Positions 27,870-38,611 of a stretch of 64,000 nt of DNA are shown here, one piece after another. The DNA is from Dehalococcoidia bacterium (GTDB lineage Bacteria; Chloroflexota; Dehalococcoidia; SHYB01), in contig OZ244810.1 of the NCBI GenBank assembly GCA_965220155.1, forward strand, positions 3,627,633 to 3,691,632. The letters run 5' to 3'. The position numbers were made by a program, and so were the translations under genes. The first letter of the stretch is position 1, and each line of letters opens with the position of its first letter. The notes under the pieces were generated by a model. The model was not told where the DNA came from and did not search any database. It saw only the letters and a list, made by a program, of their open reading frames with translations.

Positions 27870-30161
27870 CTACGATGGACCCCTTCCCATGGGCCTCGGG
27901 CCACCTCTTGGCGGGCCACCTCTTGGCGGGCCGCCCGGCCTTGGACCGCGGTCTCTAGGGCCGCCCCTCCCATCGGGCCGGGAGCCGCGCCCGCCTGGAC
28001 CGTCACGACGCGGCCCGCCATTCCGGTCCCTGTTGCCCTCTCGCGGCGGGCCGCCGGAGTCCCTCACTCTGGCGCCACTCGCACCCAGCCCCTCCACGAC
28101 CGCCCGCCTTGAAAGATTGATCCGGCCCATCCGGTCGATCTCCACCACCATGACCATCATCTCTTCGCCAACTTTGGCCACGTCCTCGACGCGATCGACT
28201 CGGTGGTCTGCCAGCTCGCTGACGTGAACGAGGCCTTCCTTGCCCGGCAGTATCTCAACGAAGGCGCCGAACGCCATGAGGCGTGTGACCTTTCCGTTAT
28301 AGACCGTCCCTACCTCCACATCGCTCGTGAGGCCTTCGATAATCTCGATGGCCCTCTTGGCCCCCTCTTCGGACACGCTGCCGATGAAGACCGATCCATC
28401 GTCTTCGATATCGATGCTGGCCTTGGTCTCATCGGCGATCGACCTGATGGTCTTGCCTCCAGGGCCGATCACCGCCCCGATCTTTTCGGGATTGATGACG
28501 ATTCTGACCATCCTGGGCGCGTACCGGCTGAGCTCGGGCCGCGTTGTAGCGATGGTCTCCGCCATCTTCGCCAGGATGTGCATGCGCCCCTTCTTTGCCT
28601 GGGCCAGGGCGGCTTCCATGATCTCAAAGGTCTGGCCTTTGCTCTTGATATCCATCTGCAGACCGGTGACACCCTCTGTGGTCCCGGCAACCTTGAAGTC
28701 CATGTCCCCCAGCGCGTCCTCAATTCCCTGGATATCGGTCAGCACGGCGAACTCTTCGCCGGACTGCACGAGCCCCATGGCCACTCCGGCCACAGGGGCC
28801 TTGATGGGGACGCCGGCGTCCATGAGGGAGAGCGTGCTCCCGCAGACGCTTCCCATGGACGTGCTTCCATTGGAGCTGAGCACCTCGGAGACGAGTCGGA
28901 GGGTGTAGGGAAACTCCTCCTCAGATGGGATGACCGGAAGAAGCGAGCGCTCGGCCAAGGCCCCATGGCCAATCTCACGACGGCCGGGATTGCCGACTCG
29001 GCGTGCCTCCCCCACCGAGAACGGCGGAAAGTTGTAATGATGCATGTAGCGCTTCGTCTCTTCCACGCCGATGGTGTCCAGCCTTTGCTGTTGCCCCATG
29101 GAGCCGAGAGTGGTGATAGTGAGCACCTGCGTCTGTCCACGGGTAAACAGCCCGGAGCCATGGGTCCGCGGCAGCAACCCCACATCGCAGCTGATAGTCC
29201 TGATCTCGTCGAGACCGCGCCCGTCGGGACGGACTCCCCTGTGGACGATGGCGTCTCGCACTTCTTTCTTGAGGACTGACTGGAAACCCGCTGCGACCTT
29301 GTCCGGCGGGTATGTGCCGGTGAGCTTGGCGATGACCTCGCCTTGCACGGCCCCGATGGCTGCTTCCCGGTCCGTCTTGTCTCTCGCTTCCCCAAGGAGC
29401 TCTACCAGCCGTCTGCCCACGGCGCTTGCGACCGCCGCCTCGATGTCTGCGGCGCTCTCGTCGACCCGGACCCTGAATTTCGGCTTCCTCAGGACCTCCC
29501 CCATCTCCTCCTGGAGGTCGCTCACCTCTGCGTTCACGATCTGCCCCATCTTCATCGCCTGCAGCAGGAGCTCTTCAGATACTTCTTTGGCTCCCGCCTC
29601 AACCATCACGATGGCGTCCCGCGTACCTGCCACCACCAGGTCAAGGCTGCTGTCCTCTAGCTGTTGAAAGGTGGGGTTTACGACCAGCTCGCCACCGAGG
29701 TAGCCGATGCGGCAGGAGCTGACCGGGCCGTCGAATGGAATGTCGGACACGCCAAGGGCGGCAGAGGCGCCTATGGTCGCCAGCACATCCGGAATATTTT
29801 CCTGGTCTGCGGAAAGGACGGTGATGATGATCTGAACATCGTTCCGCATGCCCTTCGGGAACAGCGGGCGAAGAGGTCGGTCCGTGAGGCGCATGGTAAG
29901 GATCGCCTCGGTAGTGGGCCTGCCCTCGCGCCTGAAGAAACTCCCCGGGATCTTTCCCGCAGCGTACAGGCGTTCCTCGTAGTCTACCGTCAAGGGAAAG
30001 AAATCGGTCCCTTCCCGCGGTTGCGCCGACGCGACCGCGGTAACCAGCATGACGGTGTCCCCATAGCGGACGGTTACGGCCCCGTCGGCCTGTTCAGCCA
30101 ACGTCCCACTCTCGAGGGTCAGGGGGCGCCCGCCTATTTCACGTTCGAATACATGGGCCAT
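27870..30161 (-). CDS. pnp: Polyribonucleotide nucleotidyltransferase
   Basis: [39 protein letters not shown] and S1 domains, Gly/Arg/Pro tail. Confidence 0.98.
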   Translation of the reverse strand: MAHVFEREIGGRPLTLESGTLAEQADGAVTVRYGDTVMLVTAVASAQPREGTDFFPLTVDYEERLYAAGKIPGSFFRREGRPTTEAILTMRLTDRPLRPLFPKGMRNDVQIIITVLSADQENIPDVLATIGASAALGVSDIPFDGPVSSCRIGYLGGELVVNPTFQQLEDSSLDLVVAGTRDAIVMVEAGAKEVSEELLLQAMKMGQIVNAEVSDLQEEMGEVLRKPKFRVRVDESAADIEAAVASAVGRRLVELLGEARDKTDREAAIGAVQGEVIAKLTGTYPPDKVAAGFQSVLKKEVRDAIVHRGVRPDGRGLDEIRTISCDVGLLPRTHGSGLFTRGQTQVLTITTLGSMGQQQRLDTIGVEETKRYMHHYNFPPFSVGEARRVGNPGRREIGHGALAERSLLPVIPSEEEFPYTLRLVSEVLSSNGSTSMGSVCGSTLSLMDAGVPIKAPVAGVAMGLVQSGEEFAVLTDIQGIEDALGDMDFKVAGTTEGVTGLQMDIKSKGQTFEIMEAALAQAKKGRMHILAKMAETIATTRPELSRYAPRMVRIVINPEKIGAVIGPGGKTIRSIADETKASIDIEDDGSVFIGSVSEEGAKRAIEIIEGLTSDVEVGTVYNGKVTRLMAFGAFVEILPGKEGLVHVSELADHRVDRVEDVAKVGEEMMVMVVEIDRMGRINLSRRAVVEGLGASGARVRDSGGPPREGNRDRNGGPRRDGPGGRGSRPDGRGGPRDRGPRPGGPPRGGPPRGGPRPMGRGPS

Positions 30162-30210
30162 TAGATATCTACTCCTCGCGACATCCTACGAGGGGGGTGA
30201 CGGGACAAAG

Positions 30211-30235
30211 CAAAAACCCCGCTGGAGTGCGGGGT
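30211..30235 (-). terminator. Intrinsic terminator after rpsO
   Basis: Minus strand ACCCCGC-ACTCCA-GCGGGGT-TTTT. Confidence 0.75.
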
Positions 30236-30499
30236 CTATCTGCGCAGACCGAGCTTCTGAATGATGTCTCGGTAACGCCCTACATCCTCAGCGTTCAGGT
30301 AGCGGAGGAGGCGCCGACGCCGCCCGACGAGCTTGAAAAGGCCTCTCCGGGAATGGTGGTCGTGCCGGTGCTCGCGGAGGTGGTCGGTGATCTCGCTGAT
30401 CCTGCTAGTCAGGACAGCCACCTGCACCTCAGCCGAACCGGTATCTCCAGGATGCGTTGCATGCTCCTGGATGATCTCCGCTTTCTTCGCTTTGTCCAA
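30236..30499 (-). CDS. rpsO: 30S ribosomal protein S15
   Basis: [27 protein letters not shown]; upstream of pnp. Confidence 0.97.
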   Translation of the reverse strand: MDKAKKAEIIQEHATHPGDTGSAEVQVAVLTSRISEITDHLREHRHDHHSRRGLFKLVGRRRRLLRYLNAEDVGRYRDIIQKLGLRR

Positions 30500-30717
30500 C
30501 GCCTCCTACACCCTATCCTATGATGCGCTCATTCTTTTTTCTCGCCGCCTACTATAGCACAGTGCCCGGTTGGTAGCACAGCCCCTGGGCATCCGACAGC
30601 CTTCTCCCGTTTCGGAAACGCCGTCACCCGGCGGCAGGGCTGGCGCGCAGCAGTGTCAAGGTGCTGTCAGAACCTCGACCGCCACAGCCAGCGGGTCTGT
30701 GTCCTTACGATAGCGCT

Positions 30718-31164
30718 TCAGGCGACCCGCCCCAGAGTCCTCTTCTTGACATCCAGGAGCACCAGGGTCTCGGTCTTGCGCACGCCAGGGAGCTTGGCAA
30801 GGAAGCCTTCCAGGAAACCTCTGAGCTCGTCGAGGTTCCTCACCAGCGTCCAGGCCAGCAGATCGTACCGTCCGGTGGAGACTCCCAGGAAACCGACCTC
30901 GTTCCTCTCGTTGAGGGCCTCTTCGACGTCTTCGAGCATGTTGGGCTGGACGTCAATCCCGATCATGGCGGTAGTGTTCAGACCGAACTTTGCCGGGTTC
31001 GGCACTGCGCGGATGGCCACCGCCCCGTCCTCTACCATAAGCTTGATCCGCCTGCGAATTGTTGCCTCGCTGACGCCTATAAGGCGCGCGATCGCCGCAT
31101 TCGACTGCCGGGCGTCGTCATGAAGCAGGCCGATGATCCGGCGGTCCCTGTCGTCAATCTTCAT
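30718..31164 (-). CDS. Lrp/AsnC family transcriptional regulator
   Basis: DDRDRRIIGLL..DAR, GVSEATIRRRI, TGRYDL. Confidence 0.92.
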   Translation of the reverse strand: MKIDDRDRRIIGLLHDDARQSNAAIARLIGVSEATIRRRIKLMVEDGAVAIRAVPNPAKFGLNTTAMIGIDVQPNMLEDVEEALNERNEVGFLGVSTGRYDLLAWTLVRNLDELRGFLEGFLAKLPGVRKTETLVLLDVKKRTLGRVA

Positions 31165-31226
31165 AGGGTGCCGCGTCCCCTCGCGTGGAAGATTTGCCGT
31201 CGGAAGACGGCTATTGTGCGTCGAAA

Positions 31227-31255
31227 ATACTAATGAACAAAGCCGTTTCTGTCAA
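31227..31255 (-). promoter_or_regulatory. Putative sigma70 promoter for Lrp gene
   Basis: TTGACA-N17-TAGTAT. Confidence 0.62.
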
Positions 31256-31345
31256 TAACCGTCGCGCCCAACGCTGCAGCGGCCAGCAGGGTTCGCCTCA
31301 TGGCCCGTCCGCCTTAAGCGAAGCAGGCAAGACCGGTCCCGTTGA

Positions 31346-33829
31346 TCACAGGTCCTGGTCCCTGGACACGGTGGAGGCCGCATTGTCTTCGGCTTGGCCG
31401 GCCGGCACCGAGGCAGCCTTCAGGCTCTTGGCATAAGACGCCAGGCGGCGGCGGACCAGGTAATTCACGGTGCCCTCCGGGTAGTCGCCGTCGGCACCTC
31501 GCTCTCCCGCCGGTGTTCCGGTCAGGAGCTCGATCCCTTCGTCGATGGTGCTGACACCGTATATCCGAAACCGCCCCTGCCCGATTGCCTGTACCACGTC
31601 TTCCCGCAACATGAGGTTCCGAACATTCACCTTCGGGATCAATACGCCTTGTTCGCCAGTAAGACCCAGCGCCCGGCAGAGATCATAGAAGCCCTCGATC
31701 TTTTGGTTGACGCCGCCGATAGCCTGGACTTCGCCCTTCTGGTTCACAGAGCCAGTGACCGCAAGACTCTGCTTCAATGGGACGTCGGAAAGACTCGAAA
31801 GGATGGCGTATATCTCCGTCGACGACGCACTGTCGCCGTCGATCCCGTCGTAGGACTGCTCGAAGGCGATAGTCGCCGAGACGGAGAGCGGCCACTCTTG
31901 GGCGTATTTCCAGCCAAGGTAGCCGCCGATGATGAGCACACCCTTGTCATGGGTCTTCCCGCTCATTTGCGCTTCCCTCTCGATATTGACGACTCCACCG
32001 CGTCCGAGGAATGCGCGCGCCGTGATCCTGGAAGGTTTTCCGAAGGAGTGATCGCCGGCGCTGTAGACGGCGAGGCCGTTGACTTGGCCCACTACTACGC
32101 CATCAACGTCTATCATAATGGTCCCTTCCTCCATCATCTCCTGCATCCGCTCGGCGATGAGGCTGGACCGGTAGACGCGCTCGTCGATGGCCTTCCCTAC
32201 ATGCGGCGCTCTCACCTTGGCGTCACCGTCCCGGCGCGCCCAGAAGTCGGCTTCAATCAGAAGGTCCGTGATCTGGCCGAACCTCGTGGAGAGCTTCTCC
32301 TGGTCCGCGATGAGGCGGGCAGCGTACTCTATGACCGCCCCGACAGCGTCGTTGGTGAGATGCAGCAAGCCATGGCTGCTGCAAGCACCGCAGATAAAGG
32401 CTGCATAAGACTCCAGATGCCGGTCTGACCGCCGGATCTGGCTATCGAAATCCGCCTTGACCTTGAAGGTCTCCCAGAACTCTCCATCGTAGGCGGAAAG
32501 AAGGTTGTACAGCCCGGGTTCGCCGCTGACGACCACCTTGATCTGCAACGGCATGGGGTCCGGCTTGATTCCCTGAGGCATGCCCATCCCCATGACCTCA
32601 GCAGGGTCCTCGGGCCGGACCTGGCCCGTCTTGATCACGCGCTTGACCGTCTCCCAAACGAGCGGGTTGGCGACCACTTTTTGGACGTCCAACACGAGGT
32701 AACCGTGGTCGGCCTGCTGAAAGGAACCAGGTTTCAGCATCGTGTGATCAGTCACATATCCACCGAGGACAAGCTTGCGGCCGATCCTCCCGAAGAGGTT
32801 GCCGAACGATGGATCACTCTCGACGACGATAGGTGGACCCGTTGCCTCCGAGTTGTCGACGAATAGGTTAACGATGAAGGGAAGCAGCGCCTCCCGCACC
32901 CTGGCCGCTCTCGCAGCGTCTTGCGGCTGCAGCGCCGCCACCGGTTGCGCGGGGTCCTCCTCCCGAAAGACATCGATCTGGTGGACTGCGAACTCTATCA
33001 GCCGATCCAGGAAACGGAGAACGACATCGTTTTCCGCGTAGCTCGATTTGATGTTCTCAAAGGGTGCGGCGACCGCTCTATGGGCCACATCGCCAATGAC
33101 TTGACCCAGCCGCTGGGACGCGGACCGCTCGATCTCCCTTACCTGCTCGAGCCTTTGCTGCACCGTTCCCATGAGCTGGGCCCGTTTCTCTTCGATGGGG
33201 CCTCGAACTTCAGGCGTCAGCGCGAGAAAGTCCTCCTGCGAAGCAGGCTGGCCGTTCAGGAGGGGTATCAGCGCCACCCCCATCTGGCTGAACTGGAGCG
33301 CGAACCCCTCCGACCGGGCCTCCCGGTCGAGTCCCTGGAAGACATCCCGGGTCGCCGCCTGTGTCTCCTCCGAAATCCGCTTTCGTTCCTCGTCGAAGTC
33401 CTCGCCAGAAAAGGCTTTGGGCACCTCGCTGCGGAGCTCCTCGACCAGCACCTCCATATCGTGCTTCAACTTCTTGCCGCCCCCGGGTGGCAGACTGACC
33501 AAGTTCGGACGGTCCGCATCGCTGAAGTTATGCAGATAGCACCAGTCCAAGGGCCGGGGCTCCTGACCCGACTCCTTGCTGCGCTCGACCAGGGCTTCGA
33601 GGTGCGCCTTGATGACGGAAGACTTGCCCGTGCCCGTCATGCCGGAAACGAAAATGTTGTATCCGGGCTGATCGACCGAAAGGCCAAAGTCGATCGCCTT
33701 GATGGCCCGGTCCTGGCCGATGAACTCCTCGAGGGGCACCAGCTCGTCCGTACACTGAAAGCTAAAGCATGAGCCGCCGCATCGCCAACGGAGCTTTTCG
33801 AGAGGCACTTCGAGACGGCTCAAGTCCAT
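31346..33829 (-). CDS. Lon-like ATP-dependent protease (LonB/LonC type)
   Basis: IGQDRA, GMTGTGKS, FKVKADFD, GQVNGL, DGDSAS (Ser), NQKIEGF (Lys). Confidence 0.92.
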   Translation of the reverse strand: MDLSRLEVPLEKLRWRCGGSCFSFQCTDELVPLEEFIGQDRAIKAIDFGLSVDQPGYNIFVSGMTGTGKSSVIKAHLEALVERSKESGQEPRPLDWCYLHNFSDADRPNLVSLPPGGGKKLKHDMEVLVEELRSEVPKAFSGEDFDEERKRISEETQAATRDVFQGLDREARSEGFALQFSQMGVALIPLLNGQPASQEDFLALTPEVRGPIEEKRAQLMGTVQQRLEQVREIERSASQRLGQVIGDVAHRAVAAPFENIKSSYAENDVVLRFLDRLIEFAVHQIDVFREEDPAQPVAALQPQDAARAARVREALLPFIVNLFVDNSEATGPPIVVESDPSFGNLFGRIGRKLVLGGYVTDHTMLKPGSFQQADHGYLVLDVQKVVANPLVWETVKRVIKTGQVRPEDPAEVMGMGMPQGIKPDPMPLQIKVVVSGEPGLYNLLSAYDGEFWETFKVKADFDSQIRRSDRHLESYAAFICGACSSHGLLHLTNDAVGAVIEYAARLIADQEKLSTRFGQITDLLIEADFWARRDGDAKVRAPHVGKAIDERVYRSSLIAERMQEMMEEGTIMIDVDGVVVGQVNGLAVYSAGDHSFGKPSRITARAFLGRGGVVNIEREAQMSGKTHDKGVLIIGGYLGWKYAQEWPLSVSATIAFEQSYDGIDGDSASSTEIYAILSSLSDVPLKQSLAVTGSVNQKGEVQAIGGVNQKIEGFYDLCRALGLTGEQGVLIPKVNVRNLMLREDVVQAIGQGRFRIYGVSTIDEGIELLTGTPAGERGADGDYPEGTVNYLVRRRLASYAKSLKAASVPAGQAEDNAASTVSRDQDL

Positions 33830-33945
33830 GAGGCCTCCATCGGCCTGGCTCCTCGATGTGAGGACAGCGGTCCAAGGCTACCCAATATCTTAGCGGAAGA
33901 TGCGGGCGGGCTTCCAACTGCGGGACGCCGACGATGCCCTGGAGG

Positions 33946-34980
33946 TCAGTAGCCGGCGCGCCGGTCCACTTCGTTAATGAGCGGGCGTCCATCCACGTAA
34001 CGGTGGAGGTTCTCGACGAAGAGGTCTACAACGGCTTCATCGTAGGCCTCGAAAAGACCGCCAAGATGGCCGGTGACGATGACATTGCGCATGTCCCACA
34101 GCGGGCTCTCGGTTGGAAGGGGCTCTTGCTGGAAGACGTCGAGGGCCGCCCCGGCGATGCGGCCCGCTGCGAGCGCTTCGATGAGGGCGGGTTCGTCGAC
34201 GACATCTCCTCGCGCGATGTTAATGAGGAAAGCGCTGGGACGCATAGCCTCCAGCTCTTTTCGGCCTATGAGTGCTTTCGTCTGAGCCGTGGCTGGTACT
34301 CCTAAGACGACAAAGTCGGACGACGCCAGCAGGAGAGGGAGCTGGTCAACGGACAGCATTTCGACCCCATCCGGCGCTTCCGCGGACCGGCGCCGTCTCG
34401 TCGCCAGTACCCGCATCCCAAACCCCCGCGCCCGCGCCGCTACCCCCTGCGCAATATACCCAAAGCCCACGAGCCCCAGCGTCTTGCCATCAAGCTGGCC
34501 CATCTCATACCTGTCCCAGTCATGCGCTGCCTGGCTATGGATGAGACGCCGCATGTCCTTGGCCAGCGCCAGCATCATCGCGATGACGTACTCAGCGACC
34601 GGCGGGGCATTGATACCCGCCGCCGAGGTGATGACAATATCGCCTTGCCCCCACAGATCGGAGCCCTGCAGCCAATCGACGCCAGCCATGGGTAGCTGGA
34701 TCCAGCGCAGCCCCGGAGCACGGCGGACCAGCCCTTCAGGAATCCGCCGGGCGGACAGTATCACCTCGGCTTTGGCGAACAGCTGGTCCAACGACTGCCC
34801 GTTGGGCGCCCTCCTTGGGGCAGCTTGCTGCCCGGGCCTCAGAGCCTCAGGAAGCTCTTCCAACAGGAGCGCCGCGGCGTCGACCACCTTCAAGCGTTTG
34901 TCCACACTGGAAACCCGCGCCAGAAGGTCGTCCGGAAGGCTGGTCGTGACCATGACACTGACCGGTCGATCGGATGACAT
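33946..34980 (-). CDS. D-2-hydroxyacid dehydrogenase family
   Basis: AGVD, GLVGFGYIA, INIARG, AALDVF..EPLP. Confidence 0.9.
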   Translation of the reverse strand: MSSDRPVSVMVTTSLPDDLLARVSSVDKRLKVVDAAALLLEELPEALRPGQQAAPRRAPNGQSLDQLFAKAEVILSARRIPEGLVRRAPGLRWIQLPMAGVDWLQGSDLWGQGDIVITSAAGINAPPVAEYVIAMMLALAKDMRRLIHSQAAHDWDRYEMGQLDGKTLGLVGFGYIAQGVAARARGFGMRVLATRRRRSAEAPDGVEMLSVDQLPLLLASSDFVVLGVPATAQTKALIGRKELEAMRPSAFLINIARGDVVDEPALIEALAAGRIAGAALDVFQQEPLPTESPLWDMRNVIVTGHLGGLFEAYDEAVVDLFVENLHRYVDGRPLINEVDRRAGY

Positions 34981-35064
34981 GGGGGGCTCCTTAGCGACAG
35001 CTCTATAGTACCCACTCGGAGGGCCACATACGACCTTCGCAGCGCCGGCGTTTCGATGGCGGCG

Positions 35065-36228
35065 CTAGGCCCGGGCCAGGAGCCGCCTAGCGTAGCGCGC
35101 CCGCTCGACGGCAGCTTCCGGAGTATCAGCGATGGCCGTGATATGTCCCATCTTGCGGCCGGGACGGGCCTCCGCTTTCCCGTACAAGTGGAGCTTAACG
35201 TCAAGCAGTCTCAATGCGGCGCTCCAGTCCGGCTCCCCATTCACCCACAGGTCCCCCAGCAGGTTCGCGATTGCCGTCGGACGCAATACGTCCGTCGGCC
35301 CGAGGGGCAGCCCGCAGACAGCGCGAATGCTTTGCTCGAACTGCGAGGTCTTGCAGACCGCGTCGAAGGTCTGGTGACCCGAGTTGTGAGGCCGGGGAGC
35401 AATCTCATTGACCAGCAGACGTCCATCGCGGCCTATGAACATCTCAACCGCCAGGAGGCCCTCCAGGGCGAGCGCCTCTGCGATGCGCGCCGCCAGGGCG
35501 CGAGCCTCTTGCGTCACCTGCTCCGACACGGTGGCGGGCATCACCGCCGTATCGAGGATGTGCCGTCGATGAGCGTTCTCCGATACGGGATAACAGGCGA
35601 TTTCTCCCGTCGGAGAACGGGCCACGATCACCGACACCTCGGCGCTCAAGGGAACGAACTCCTCGAGCACGGATGGGGCTGCGACTTCGTCCGGGGAGCT
35701 CGATTCTCCCAGGAGGACCTGCCCTTTGCCGTCATAGCCACCGCCAGCCACCTTCAGCACGGCCGGGCGGCCGATCGCCTCGAGTGCGGCCTGAAGGTCT
35801 CCGTCCTGACGCACGGGCCGCCAGGCTGCAACGGGAACGCCGCACTCCTGCAGGAACGTCTTCTCGCGGATGCGGTCTTGAGCGATGCGAAGCACGCCCG
35901 GGTCCGGTCGAACTGGCGGTGTGGGTCCAAGGGATGCCAGAGTTTCAGCGGGGACGTTCTCGAATTCGACGGTCACAACGTCGCAGCACGAGGCAAGCGA
36001 CTGCACCGCGGCTGCGTCTGCATACTCTGCGACGATGTGGCCGTCCGACACCTGGGCGGCGGGACAATCCGGAGTCGGGTCAAGAACGGTGACGCGATAG
36101 CCCATGCGTTTGGCGGCCATCGACATCATCCGGCCGAGCTGACCACCGCCGAGGATGCCGATCGACCCTCCGGGCAGGACCGGTCCTCCAGAAGGGGAGG
36201 GCTTCATCTCCCGGTCCGCGCCGGCCAT
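35065..36228 (-). CDS. purK: N5-carboxyaminoimidazole ribonucleotide synthase
   Basis: GILGGGQLGRM, EFENVP, GYDGKGQ, NEIAPRPHNSGH, GRKMGH. Confidence 0.96.
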   Translation of the reverse strand: MAGADREMKPSPSGGPVLPGGSIGILGGGQLGRMMSMAAKRMGYRVTVLDPTPDCPAAQVSDGHIVAEYADAAAVQSLASCCDVVTVEFENVPAETLASLGPTPPVRPDPGVLRIAQDRIREKTFLQECGVPVAAWRPVRQDGDLQAALEAIGRPAVLKVAGGGYDGKGQVLLGESSSPDEVAAPSVLEEFVPLSAEVSVIVARSPTGEIACYPVSENAHRRHILDTAVMPATVSEQVTQEARALAARIAEALALEGLLAVEMFIGRDGRLLVNEIAPRPHNSGHQTFDAVCKTSQFEQSIRAVCGLPLGPTDVLRPTAIANLLGDLWVNGEPDWSAALRLLDVKLHLYGKAEARPGRKMGHITAIADTPEAAVERARYARRLLARA

Positions 36229-36722
36229 CAGGCTTCGTCGATGAGGTGAACGTCGAGGACAGCGGAGGTCTGCTCGTCGCGATACTCCCGAAGCCTCTCC
36301 CGAATCTCTGTGTGCTTGGCTCCCAGAATCGCCGCGGCGAGGAGCGCGGCGTTGGCTGCCCCGGCAGTGCCGATGGCCAACGTCGCGACCGGGATGCCCT
36401 TGGGCATCTGGACGATGGACAGCAGGGAGTCGATTCCGTTGACCGCCTTTGATTGGACCGGCACGCCCAGCACGGGCAGCACCGTCTTCGAAGCGGTCAT
36501 GCCGGGCAAATGTGCAGCCCCGCCTGCTCCAGCGATGATGACCTCCAGCCCACGCCGCTCAGCGGAGCCGGCGTACTCGAACAGGAGGTCCGGAGTCCTG
36601 TGGGCCGAAACGATCCGGGCCTCGTAGGGGACCGCGAGCTCCTTGAGCACATCGATCGCGTGGGCCATGGTCTCCCAGTCCGATTTGCTTCCCATGATCA
36701 CGCCCACGAGTGGTTGAACCAA
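36228..36722 (-). CDS. purE: N5-carboxyaminoimidazole ribonucleotide mutase
   Basis: [32 protein letters not shown]; TTG start at 36722 after GGAGG. Confidence 0.96.
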   Translation of the reverse strand: MVQPLVGVIMGSKSDWETMAHAIDVLKELAVPYEARIVSAHRTPDLLFEYAGSAERRGLEVIIAGAGGAAHLPGMTASKTVLPVLGVPVQSKAVNGIDSLLSIVQMPKGIPVATLAIGTAGAANAALLAAAILGAKHTEIRERLREYRDEQTSAVLDVHLIDEA

Positions 36723-36727
36723 GGTCA

Positions 36728-38238
<1,511 letters not shown>

Positions 38239-38333
38239 ACAGCGCCATCCCTGCCCGGATCAGCCCGCCCTGGTCGAGCAACAGGGCAACGGCCCGGGAT
38301 TCCGGCTCTACAGACCGCGCGGGTCGTCAGGAG

Positions 38334-38600
38334 CTATCCGCCGCCGATCGCGGGAATGATATGCACTTCGGACGTCTCCCCGACGCGCTCCAAGAGGCCA
38401 AGCTGCGCCAGCTCGCCATCTATGGCGATGGCAACCCCCTCCTGGAAGTGGCCTTCCTCGTCGACAAGCCGTTCCTTCACCCCAGGATGGGCAGCCTCGA
38501 GGTTGTTGATCACCTGCCGTAGGGTCTGCCCCTGAACGGTCACCTTATCGCTGCCGTCCGTGAGCCGCTGCATCAGCGACGGGATGAAGACGATGGCCAT
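38334..38600 (-). CDS. MoaD/ThiS family sulfur carrier
   Basis: Ubiquitin-like size, C-terminal IPAIGGG. Confidence 0.88.
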   Translation of the reverse strand: MAIVFIPSLMQRLTDGSDKVTVQGQTLRQVINNLEAAHPGVKERLVDEEGHFQEGVAIAIDGELAQLGLLERVGETSEVHIIPAIGGG

Positions 38601-38611
38601 AGCAGAGGGCC

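Noticed and set aside
35056-36249. Long antisense ORFs (also 26502-27776, 28203-29279, 31394-32428, 39659-40939, 44702-45706)
   Set aside because: Shadow frames opposite well-supported genes, expected in GC-rich DNA
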